From a bacterium (GTDB taxonomy: Bacteria; Bacillota_I; Bacilli_A; RFN20; CAG-826), in assembly GCA_963611815.1 (NCBI GenBank), contig CAVDSY010000017.1, positions 350-64,349 on the forward strand: a stretch of DNA of 64,000 bases, read 5' to 3'. The notes under the pieces were generated by a model. The model saw only the letters and a program-made list of their open reading frames with translations, was not told the origin of the DNA and did no database searches. Positions 1 to 7,662 of the stretch are shown one piece after another. The first letter of the stretch is position 1, and each line of letters starts with the position of its first letter. The position numbers were made by a program, and so were the translations under genes.

Positions 1-134
1 AGCCGAACCTTTGCACAGTGAGCTTCCATTTCAAGGGCTCGGTTATCGAAACAAGGGAGGTCGCAAGCGGCTCTAAGCTCACTCCTCCTGATGATTCTTT
101 GATAAAGGAAGGGTACGAGATCGACGGCTAGCAC

Positions 135-1511
135 GTGGAGGAATACGGTTTTTCCTCGCCTTGGACATTCAGTGGATGCCTCGTCACCTCTGACCTAGAT
201 CTCTACGCGGATTACCATTGCATCCCCTATAAGATAACCTATGACCTCGACGGGGGATGCAATCACGCGGACAACGTGAGCGAATACACGGTCGAAGACA
301 CAGTCACTTTGAAATCCCCGGCCAAGAAAGGCTATTCCTTCCTCGGCTGGACGGGATCAAACGGGGATGACCCGGAGCTAGAGTGCCGCATTGAACTAGG
401 GAGCGTCGGCGACAAGAGCTTTCTGGCCCACTGGGAAGCCGCGAAGCAAGAACTGATCCTCCTTTCGAACGACCCCTCCTTAGGAAGCGTGGCTTTGGTC
501 TCGGGGAATGGCTATACCGGGACGAGCATGACCGTGGAGGCCACCTCCGCGGAAGAGGGAATGTTTATGGGTTGGTATTGCGGCGATGAGCTGGTGAGCG
601 AAGAGGCGACCTATACCTTTGCTATGCCTGACGAATCCACGTCCCTCAAGGCCTATTTCGCCTCCAAGGAGGAGCTGGGCGCGGTTCCGGTTTACTCCTC
701 CTCCTCGAGCACTGTGACCTATGGCCTATATCCTCAAAGCCACGTGAATGACCTCTCTTTGATCTCATGCCTTGATTCCTTGGAGGAGAAGAAAGACGGG
801 TCTTGGTACTCTTTCAAGGATTCCTATTACGTCAAAGCGGTGGCTAGCCCCTATCAGGATGACTATCTTTTCGAAGACGGGGATAGCATCGCCGCTGGGG
901 AGAGCTACTGGTTTAAGTGCGAGAAGATAAGCTGGAACGTTCTTGAATCCTCTTCCGCGGGTGGATCGACTTCTTACAAGCTCATCTCCTCTAGGCTGCT
1001 TGACATAGAGACTTACCATTCATCCGAAGAGGAGCGCCTCATCGACGGGACGACGATCTACGCGAACAACTACGCGCATAGCGACATAAGAGACTGGCTG
1101 AACGGCGATTTCCTGAGCAGCGCTTTCGCTCTTTCTTCCTCCTCCATCATCGAAACCGAAGTCGATAACAGCGAATCCTCAACGGGGTACTCCCCAAACA
1201 AATACGCCTGCGAAAACACGGTGGACAAGGTATATCTGCCAAGCTTTAGCGAGGTAAAGAACACAAGCTATGGCTTCAGCGATTTGCTTAACGCGGATGA
1301 GGCCAGGGCGGGCAAGACCACGGATTACACTAGGGCGAAAGGGTCTTTTGTAAGCGAAGCGGGATGCGGGGAATATTGGCTCCGCTCGCCTAGCACCTGG
1401 CGTTCCTACGCTTTGTCCGTGGTCGGTGCCGATGGCAATCTTCACATGTTCGATATGCCTCCCACCCAGCCTCATTTCAACGTCCGTCCCTGCATTGGGA
1501 TTGAAATATAA
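135..1511 (+). CDS. Surface/secreted repeat protein with Listeria-Bacteroides (Flg_new, InlB B-type) repeats and a DUF6273/DUF1566-like C-terminal module
   Basis: The ORF shows the Flg_new pattern (YKITYDLDGG...VTLKSPAKKGYSFLGWTG). Its C-terminus resembles the lectin-fold module (YWLRSP...NVRPCIG). The same frame continues upstream (3..128, ...KEGYEIDG) through a TAG at 129-131, so the gene is 5'-truncated by the window edge and may be interrupted. Confidence 0.6.
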   Translation: MEEYGFSSPWTFSGCLVTSDLDLYADYHCIPYKITYDLDGGCNHADNVSEYTVEDTVTLKSPAKKGYSFLGWTGSNGDDPELECRIELGSVGDKSFLAHWEAAKQELILLSNDPSLGSVALVSGNGYTGTSMTVEATSAEEGMFMGWYCGDELVSEEATYTFAMPDESTSLKAYFASKEELGAVPVYSSSSSTVTYGLYPQSHVNDLSLISCLDSLEEKKDGSWYSFKDSYYVKAVASPYQDDYLFEDGDSIAAGESYWFKCEKISWNVLESSSAGGSTSYKLISSRLLDIETYHSSEEERLIDGTTIYANNYAHSDIRDWLNGDFLSSAFALSSSSIIETEVDNSESSTGYSPNKYACENTVDKVYLPSFSEVKNTSYGFSDLLNADEARAGKTTDYTRAKGSFVSEAGCGEYWLRSPSTWRSYALSVVGADGNLHMFDMPPTQPHFNVRPCIGIEI

Positions 1512-1845
1512 AAAGAGGACGAGGCTCGCGGGAACGCTTGTTTGCATCTTCGAAATAGGCAAGGGCGTTTGCGGTTCATTGGGGAATGAGATCGAAGTCA
1601 TCGACTGGGTGACTTGCCTTTTTAGGCTTTGGCAAAATCGTTGCTGGCGAAAAATGCAGCATGGGATTCGTATGGCTCCCATGCCGGGGGAGTGGTTTCT
1701 CTACACGAACAATTTCGCTCACTTTATCGCCCACCTCGTGGATGGGGTTTGATGGAGCTGCCAGCACATTACCAGTGCATGCAATGGTTCGCATTTGTGA
1801 CAAAAGGCCATTGGAAACCATTCACGTATGTGAAAGTGGCACATT

Positions 1846-2357
1846 GTGGACAAATTGGAAATCGAATTCGAACGCAAAGCATACGAACATATGCTGTGGT
1901 GGAAACGCACCAAGGAGCCAAACTACGCCCTGTTTCTGAAGGGCGCAAGGCGCGTAGGGAAAGCACTTTGGCGGAGATGTTTGGGGAAAGGGAATACAAG
2001 AGCCCATTCGATTGGCTGGACGAGACAATGATCGTCAAAATCGCCGAGCGCGTCGCTGAGCCAAGCGCTGCTTTCAATCTATCCACGATAGATCCGTGCC
2101 TCAAATGCTTCACGATGGACATGGGCCTCTTGGTCTCCCTCACTTGCAAGAGCAAGAGTCATCTAGACAACGAGCTTTATCGGGAGATTCTCTTCGACAA
2201 GCTTCATGTGAACGAGGCGATCGGGCACAAATGGAGCGAGGATCTTTCGAGCTGCGCCTTCTCAAGGAGGCGTTTTCTAAAAGGCGGCATCGAAATCAGC
2301 GCTAAAGCCTGTTCTTCATTTCATTGCACGGATATTCGATTTTTCGATAAAAAATAG
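1846..2357 (+). pseudogene. Decayed AAA-family ATPase (AAA_14/DUF4143-type) remnant
   Basis: The frame starting at 1846 gives MDKLEIEFERKAYEHMLWWK...LFLKGARRVGK. The Walker A continuation STLAEMFGEREYKS lies in the frame of ORF 1629..2357. The shift occurs at the A-run near 1958-1962 (gggaaagcact). What remains is about 170 codons, against more than 400 expected for this family. Confidence 0.5.
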
Positions 2358-2567
2358 AAGAGGATTCGCCTTCATTTGGATAAGGCTTCGGTCTTTATGT
2401 TCATCGCGTGGCGCTTCAGGCCCAATATTTGATTCGCTATTCTTTTGTAATAGGTTTTTTCCATATTTTATTTTGGTTTTTTCTGCAAAACGTTTTCTGC
2501 TTTTTCTTGCGTATTGCATTGATATCCTGAGGCGGTTTGATTCTTGGACCCTTAGCAGATAACGTCT

Positions 2568-2648
2568 TCAAAATTGCGAGATAAGCCTCAAAACTGCGAG
2601 AAAAGCATATCGAAATTGCGAGATGATGCACGGGAAATCGCAATTTCC
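2568..2648. repeat. Short repeat array with three direct and one inverted copy of an AAATTGCGA core
   Basis: Direct copies are aaattgcgag at 2571-2580, aaactgcgag at 2591-2600 and aaattgcgag at 2613-2622. The inverted copy tcgcaattt is at 2638-2646, inside the hairpin-capable gggaaatcgcaatttccc. Spacing is about 20-22 bp, and the region is AT-rich and non-coding. Confidence 0.6.
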
Positions 2649-2907
2649 CTTTAGACATCCGATGCCCATTTCAGGCTGCGCGGCTGCTCAATGTCCCTTT
2701 GGCGTACTCGCGTGTTTCCTGGAGAAAGAGACGGTCGAGCGGCCGTTTCTTTCAAACGATAAGCGCCCCGTAAAGAGGCGGGGGATGCGTTGGCGTTCGT
2801 GACAAGATAGTTTTCACCAGCTGGGATGAAACGGCTTTTGCCAACCCATGATCCTGTTTTTTCGCTTCAACGCCGGGAAAATCCCAACTAGGGCGAAGGT
2901 CCTACAC

Positions 2908-2936
2908 TTTACCCTCTTTGTTAAAAAGCCGATAAT
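2908..2936 (+). promoter_or_regulatory. Putative sigma-A-type promoter of the LMW-PTP gene, leaderless configuration
   Basis: TTTACC (2908-2913), a 17-nt spacer, then GATAAT (2931-2936). The ATG lies 7 nt downstream (2944) with no SD in between. Confidence 0.35.
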
Positions 2937-2943
2937 AGGCCGC

Positions 2944-3411
2944 ATGAGCACCACGCGCATCCTCTTCGTCTGCCAAGGCAATATCTGCCGCTCGCCTTTA
3001 GCGATGTTCCTTCTTCGCTTCCGTTTGCAGGAACGCGGCCTGGAAGAGGAATTCGTCGTCACCTCCGCGGGGCTTGAGAAGTCCACCCAGGGCGAGGACA
3101 TGCACGAAGGCAGCAAGAGGGAACTCGATGCCCATCATGTCCCTTACCAGAAGCACGAAGCCCATATGCTGAGCCCCAAGGAATACCTTCAGCAGGATTA
3201 CGTCATCGTGATGGAGGGCTACCAGAAGATAGGCATCAAGCGCATGATGTCCGGCGCCCATCCCGAGAAGCTGCATCGCCTTCTTGACTTCACCCCTTTG
3301 AAAAGAGACATCGCCGACCCTTATTACACCGGGGACTTCGCCACCGCCTACGCCGACATATCCAAAGGCATCGACGGATTCATCGAAGAAGTGGCTAAGA
3401 AAGCCTCTTGA
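2944..3411 (+). CDS. Low-molecular-weight protein-tyrosine phosphatase
   Basis: The N-terminus carries the CX5R(S/T) P-loop (ILFVCQGNICRSP), and a C-terminal DP motif is present (IADPYY). The start was moved to ATG 2944 inside ORF 2848..3411. Confidence 0.85.
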   Translation: MSTTRILFVCQGNICRSPLAMFLLRFRLQERGLEEEFVVTSAGLEKSTQGEDMHEGSKRELDAHHVPYQKHEAHMLSPKEYLQQDYVIVMEGYQKIGIKRMMSGAHPEKLHRLLDFTPLKRDIADPYYTGDFATAYADISKGIDGFIEEVAKKAS

Positions 3412-3424
3412 TTCCCTTCGACAA

Positions 3425-3455
3425 GAAAAGGCCCCTCGCTTGAGGGGCCTGTTTT
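3425..3455. terminator. Bidirectional intrinsic terminator between the convergent ptp and BY-kinase genes
   Basis: Stem ggcccctc (3430-3437), loop gctt, stem gaggggcc (3442-3449). It is flanked by an A-run upstream and tgtttt downstream. Confidence 0.7.
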
Positions 3456-3464
3456 CGTAACGCC

Positions 3465-4253
3465 TTATTCTTCGTCGCCCTTAGGATTGCTATGAGGATG
3501 GTAGCCGTAGCTATGGTAGCCATAGCCATAGCCGTATTTGGAAGCGTAGCCATAGCCGCATTTGCCCTGGTCTTCGTCGGTGGTGACCATGCCCATCGCG
3601 ATGCCGATGACGTTCATCCTCTTCTCCTCGAGGGAGCGGCAGGCCGCGTTGACGTCTTTCTTCTTGGAGACGTGCTGGGCGCAGACGACGAGGAAGCCGT
3701 CGACGTCATGGCCGATCAGATATGCGTCGGAGACGACGAGGACGGGAGGGGTGTCGAGGATCACATAATCGTATGTCTTCTTGAGTTCGGCGAGGAGTTC
3801 CTTCATCTTCGCGGAGCCGAGTATCTTGCCTGGGAATGGCGTGTGGCTGCCGGAGGAAATGACGTCGACCCCGTTGCAGGAATGGATGATGTCGCTTAGC
3901 TCCGCGTCGCCTTTGCAGTAATCGACGAGGCCGATCTTGTTCTTGAAATGGAAGAGGCGGTGGATGGCGGGTTGGCGGAGGTCGAGGTCGAGGAGAGCGA
4001 CTTTGAGGCCTTTCTCCGCGTAGACGACGGCGAGGTTGGCCGACATCGTTGTCTTCCCTTCGGCTTCCTGGGCAGAGGTGACCGCGTAGCAATTGATCTT
4101 ATGCTCAAGCGAGGCGAAATCGATATTGGTCTGCAGGCGGATTATCGCGTCCGCCTCAACCGAGTTGAAATCTTTGATGATCCCGGCATCGTTGATGCGG
4201 TGCTGGGTGGTGACGGGCTTTTGGGCCTCGTTCTTGGCTTTGTTCTCACTCAT
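3465..4253 (-). CDS. Bacterial tyrosine kinase (BY-kinase, CpsD/YwqD/Wze type)
   Basis: Walker A (AQEAEGKTT), Walker A' (ALLDLDLRQP) and Walker B (VILDTPP) are all present. The C-terminus has a tyrosine cluster (GYGYASKYGYGYGYHSYGYH). Confidence 0.85.
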   Translation of the reverse strand: MSENKAKNEAQKPVTTQHRINDAGIIKDFNSVEADAIIRLQTNIDFASLEHKINCYAVTSAQEAEGKTTMSANLAVVYAEKGLKVALLDLDLRQPAIHRLFHFKNKIGLVDYCKGDAELSDIIHSCNGVDVISSGSHTPFPGKILGSAKMKELLAELKKTYDYVILDTPPVLVVSDAYLIGHDVDGFLVVCAQHVSKKKDVNAACRSLEEKRMNVIGIAMGMVTTDEDQGKCGYGYASKYGYGYGYHSYGYHPHSNPKGDEE

Positions 4254-5118
4254 GGTCTTTCTTCGCCCCTTTCTCTTTTGATTCTCCCCCCCCTGGCAAT
4301 CCGTACTTCGGGATCATGCCGATGACCTTGTAGCCGGTGAGGGCTTCGAGGTCGGTTTTGGAGGACACTTTAGTGTTGAGGAGCTCGCGCACAATGCCGT
4401 ACCCCGCCCCGATGACGAGGCCCGCCAAGGAGCCGACGAGAGCGAACACGACGGTGGAGGTGGAGGTGTCTTTGGCGCTATTGGCCGTCCCCATGCGCTC
4501 GATGGAATTATGGAGCATTGAGTAAGCACCGGTGTTGCTGGAGTCGTTGGCGAGCTCGATGGTGCTCGTGACGACGTAGTTGGCGGTATCGACGGCGAGG
4601 GCTTCCGTTTTGCAGGTCGAGGTGACGCTGACGAAAATGCTTGTCGAGTTGGTGGTGACGGTGGGGATGGCGACTGTGTAATAGGATTTGACCTTGGCCA
4701 GATCGATTTCGGCGGTTTCTTTGCCGTTTGCGTCTTTGACGTAGAGCTCCCCATAGCCTTTTTCGATAAGCTTCTTGCCGACGGATTCGGCGACCTCGTC
4801 GAATTGCATGTAGCCATAGACGATTCTGGCCTTGGCGATGGCGTCGTTGATGTTGTCGGTGGTGGTGGATTTGTCGTTGCTCACGACCATGACCTGCACC
4901 GTCGCCTGATACTTCGGGGTTTTGATGAATTTCGAATAGGCTACCCCGGCGGCAAGGCCGACGAGAAGGCAAATCACCGAAGCCACCCAGTGCTTCCAGA
5001 TCATATGGCCGATCTGGCCGAGGGTGATGCCTTGCTTTTCGGTGGAGGCTTTTCCAAGCTGCTCGTCCTGATAGGATTCGAGCTCGGGATCCATTTCGAT
5101 TTCTTCCTTTTTCTTCAT
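4246..5118 (-). CDS. Wzz/CpsC/YwqC-type chain-length determinant, the transmembrane modulator of the BY-kinase
   Basis: It has two terminal TM segments flanking an extracytoplasmic domain. Its stop overlaps the kinase start by 8 nt, the typical CpsC-CpsD arrangement. Confidence 0.75.
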   Translation of the reverse strand: MKKKEEIEMDPELESYQDEQLGKASTEKQGITLGQIGHMIWKHWVASVICLLVGLAAGVAYSKFIKTPKYQATVQVMVVSNDKSTTTDNINDAIAKARIVYGYMQFDEVAESVGKKLIEKGYGELYVKDANGKETAEIDLAKVKSYYTVAIPTVTTNSTSIFVSVTSTCKTEALAVDTANYVVTSTIELANDSSNTGAYSMLHNSIERMGTANSAKDTSTSTVVFALVGSLAGLVIGAGYGIVRELLNTKVSSKTDLEALTGYKVIGMIPKYGLPGGGESKEKGAKKDHE

Positions 5119-5141
5119 GGTTTCTCCTTTTCTTTTTCAGT

Positions 5142-6185
5142 TTATGCGGCTTTGGCTAATTTCGGCAGATATGGGACTTCGTTCGACACCGCTCCGACAT
5201 AGTCAGGGAGAGCGATGGCCATCGAGCTGAGGGAGCCTTTGCTCACGGTGAAGAAGAGGATGAGCAAGACGGCCCCAAGGACGATGCGGTAGACGCCGAA
5301 GGCATTGAAGGTCTTGGTCTGCAGCAGCTTCATGAAGAAGCGGATGACGACCAGAGAGACGAGGAAGGCGACGGCCATGCCGACGAGGATGATCGCGATC
5401 TTCGTTCCATCAAGCCCCGCGGCTTCGCCTTTGCTCACCTTGATGCCGTAGCTGATGCCTTTGATGAGCGAGCCGCCCAGCATCGCCGGGATGCTTAGGT
5501 AGAAAGAGAATTTGGCGCTGGTGGTGCGGTCGATGGAAAGGAGCAGGGCGGCGCAGATGGTGACCCCTGACCTCGAGGTGCCTGGGATGAGGGCAAGGCA
5601 CTGGGCGAGGCCGATGATGAGGGCGTATTGCAAGGAGATGTGGGCGACGCTTCTGATGTTGAAGAGGGGATAAATGTCAGCGGCCTCTTCCTCATCTTCC
5701 TCGTAGGCCGTTTTGGCCGAGCGGTTGAGATGGTAGCGGTCCTGGATGCGGCGCGATTTCCTTCTGAGCAGGAACTCAATGAGCAGGAAGGCGACGCCGT
5801 AGACGATGAGGGTTATCGAGACGACGAGGTAGTTATAGAGGTATTTGTCCATGTAGTCATCGAAGATGATCCCGATGACGCCGGCGGGGATTGAGGCGAC
5901 GAGGATCTTCGCCCAGGTGCGCCATACCGCAGCCTTTTCTTCGGGGCTCTTTTTTCTTCCGAAAGGCCAAAGCTCCTTGAAGAAGGAGAGGATGACCGCG
6001 AGGATAGCCCCGAGCTGGATGATGACGAGGAAGAAATCGTAGAACTCCGCGCCTTGGGTCTGCTTGAATCCCCAATATTCGCCGAGGATGATCATGTGCC
6101 CGGTAGAAGAGACGGGGAGCCACTCGGTGATGCCTTCGACGATGCCAAAGACGACGGCTTTGAGGATTTCGATGAATGTTTCCAT
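5142..6185 (-). CDS. uppP: Undecaprenyl-diphosphate phosphatase (BacA/UppP), with an enlarged charged internal loop and a C-terminal extension
   Basis: Conserved motifs VEGITEWLPVSSTGH and PGTSRSG are present. At 347 aa it is longer than the usual ~275 aa. The extra length is an extra loop (RRKSRRIQDRYHLNRSAKTAYEEDEEEAADIY) and a tail. Confidence 0.85.
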   Translation of the reverse strand: METFIEILKAVVFGIVEGITEWLPVSSTGHMIILGEYWGFKQTQGAEFYDFFLVIIQLGAILAVILSFFKELWPFGRKKSPEEKAAVWRTWAKILVASIPAGVIGIIFDDYMDKYLYNYLVVSITLIVYGVAFLLIEFLLRRKSRRIQDRYHLNRSAKTAYEEDEEEAADIYPLFNIRSVAHISLQYALIIGLAQCLALIPGTSRSGVTICAALLLSIDRTTSAKFSFYLSIPAMLGGSLIKGISYGIKVSKGEAAGLDGTKIAIILVGMAVAFLVSLVVIRFFMKLLQTKTFNAFGVYRIVLGAVLLILFFTVSKGSLSSMAIALPDYVGAVSNEVPYLPKLAKAA

Positions 6186-6382
6186 TATTGTTTCCTTGGA
6201 ATTTGGTGCGCTTAGCGCAGCGAGAGGGGCGTTTTAAAACGCCTTTTCGTTGACCTCTAGGGGCTATTTTATTAGGGCGGGGGAGCAAATGAAAGAAAAA
6301 GGAAAACGATAGTCTATTTAGACTATGGGGAATTCGGGTGCTCTTTCCACTAGGGCGATGCTGATTTTCTCTGCACGCTTAA

Positions 6383-6411
6383 TTCAATTTCCTCATCAGA
6401 TTCGCTAATAT
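6383..6411 (+). promoter_or_regulatory. Putative promoter of glf
   Basis: TTCAAT (6383-6388), a 17-nt spacer, then TAATAT (6406-6411). A GGAGG SD at 6443-6447 precedes ATG 6458. Confidence 0.35.
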
Positions 6412-6457
6412 TTGCTTGTTCGGCAGCCTGACTGCCTGAGTAGCGGAGGCAAGTAGC

Positions 6458-7555
6458 ATGTATGACTATCTGATTGTCGGGGCGGGGCTTTTTGGGGCGA
6501 GCTTCGCCAATCTCGCCCGCAAGAAGGGCCTTTCCGTCCTCGTCATCGACAAGAAGGACAAAGTCGGCGGGGCCATCAGGAGCGAGAGGAAGGACAACAT
6601 CGACGTTCACCTTTATGGGCCCCACATCTTCCATACCTCCTACAAGGACGTCTGGGACTATTTCTCCTCCTTCTCCGAGATGAATAACTTCGTCAATGAG
6701 CCCCTCGCCTATTACAAAGGGAAGCTCTACCACATGCCCTTCAACATGAATACCTTCAACGCCCTTTGGGGGGTCATCACCCCCGAGGAAGCGAGAAGCA
6801 AAATCGAGGAGCAAAAAGGGGAGATGAAAGGAAAAACCCCGCAAAACCTCGAGGAACAGGCGATCTCACTAGTTGGAAGAGACGTTTTCGAAACCCTCGT
6901 GAAGGGCTACACGGAGAAGCAATGGGGCAGGGATTGCAGGGATTTGCCGTCTTCTATAATCAAACGCCTCCCGGTGAGGCTCACTTACGACAACAACTAT
7001 TTCAACGACCGCTATCAAGGCATCCCGGTGGACGGCTATACCGCGGTCATCGAGAGGATGCTCGAAGGGGTCGAGGTGAGGCTGGGAGAAGACTATCTTA
7101 GCGATAAGGATGGCTATCGCTCCTTGGCCAGAAGAGTCATATACACCGGCGAGATGGACCGCTATTTCGCCTATTGCCTCGGCAAACTGCAGTACCGCAC
7201 CCTCCGCTTCGAGACGGAGAGGCTCGAGATGGAGAACTTCCAGGGCAATGCGGTCGTCAATTACACCGAGAGACAGATCCCCTTCACCAGGATCGCCGAG
7301 CACAAATGGTTCAATTACCGCGAGTCGCCTGTGACTTACATCACCCGCGAATACCCCAAGGAGTTCGAGGAGGGCGATGAGCCTTTCTATGCCCTCAACG
7401 ATGAGCGGAACTCCTCGCTTTACGCCGAGTACAGAAAGCTGGCGAGCAAAGAAAAAGGGGTCTATTTCTGCGGAAGGCTTGGCCAATACAAATACTTCGA
7501 CATGGACGACACGATCTACGAGGTCTTCAAGCTCTTCGACGAGCTTGAGGGCTAA
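6458..7555 (+). CDS. glf: UDP-galactopyranose mutase
   Basis: N-terminal FAD fold (YDYLIVGAGLFGA) is present, and the full-length pattern is typical of Glf (365 aa). Confidence 0.9.
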   Translation: MYDYLIVGAGLFGASFANLARKKGLSVLVIDKKDKVGGAIRSERKDNIDVHLYGPHIFHTSYKDVWDYFSSFSEMNNFVNEPLAYYKGKLYHMPFNMNTFNALWGVITPEEARSKIEEQKGEMKGKTPQNLEEQAISLVGRDVFETLVKGYTEKQWGRDCRDLPSSIIKRLPVRLTYDNNYFNDRYQGIPVDGYTAVIERMLEGVEVRLGEDYLSDKDGYRSLARRVIYTGEMDRYFAYCLGKLQYRTLRFETERLEMENFQGNAVVNYTERQIPFTRIAEHKWFNYRESPVTYITREYPKEFEEGDEPFYALNDERNSSLYAEYRKLASKEKGVYFCGRLGQYKYFDMDDTIYEVFKLFDELEG

Positions 7556-7662
7556 GCGGCGCCGATTAGGCGCGATAAGCGCTCATCGCGATCAGAAAAT
7601 CCATTTTTTTGTCGACCGCTTTCTTTTTTCAATGTTACACTACCACGGAAGGGAGGCAACCT

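Noticed and set aside
1321-1850. Possible diversity-generating retroelement targeting the lectin-like C-terminus (YWLRSP...VRPC) of the surface protein.
   Set aside because: No reverse transcriptase gene is present, and by eye there is no template-repeat copy of the 3' end of the gene in the downstream 1.3 kb.
2437-2658. 73-aa minus-strand ORF (MSKGKLRFPVHH...) spanning the AAATTGCGA repeat array.
   Set aside because: There is no SD and no recognisable motif. Its sequence periodicity simply mirrors the DNA repeats, and the C-terminus is a Lys-rich translation of AT-rich DNA.
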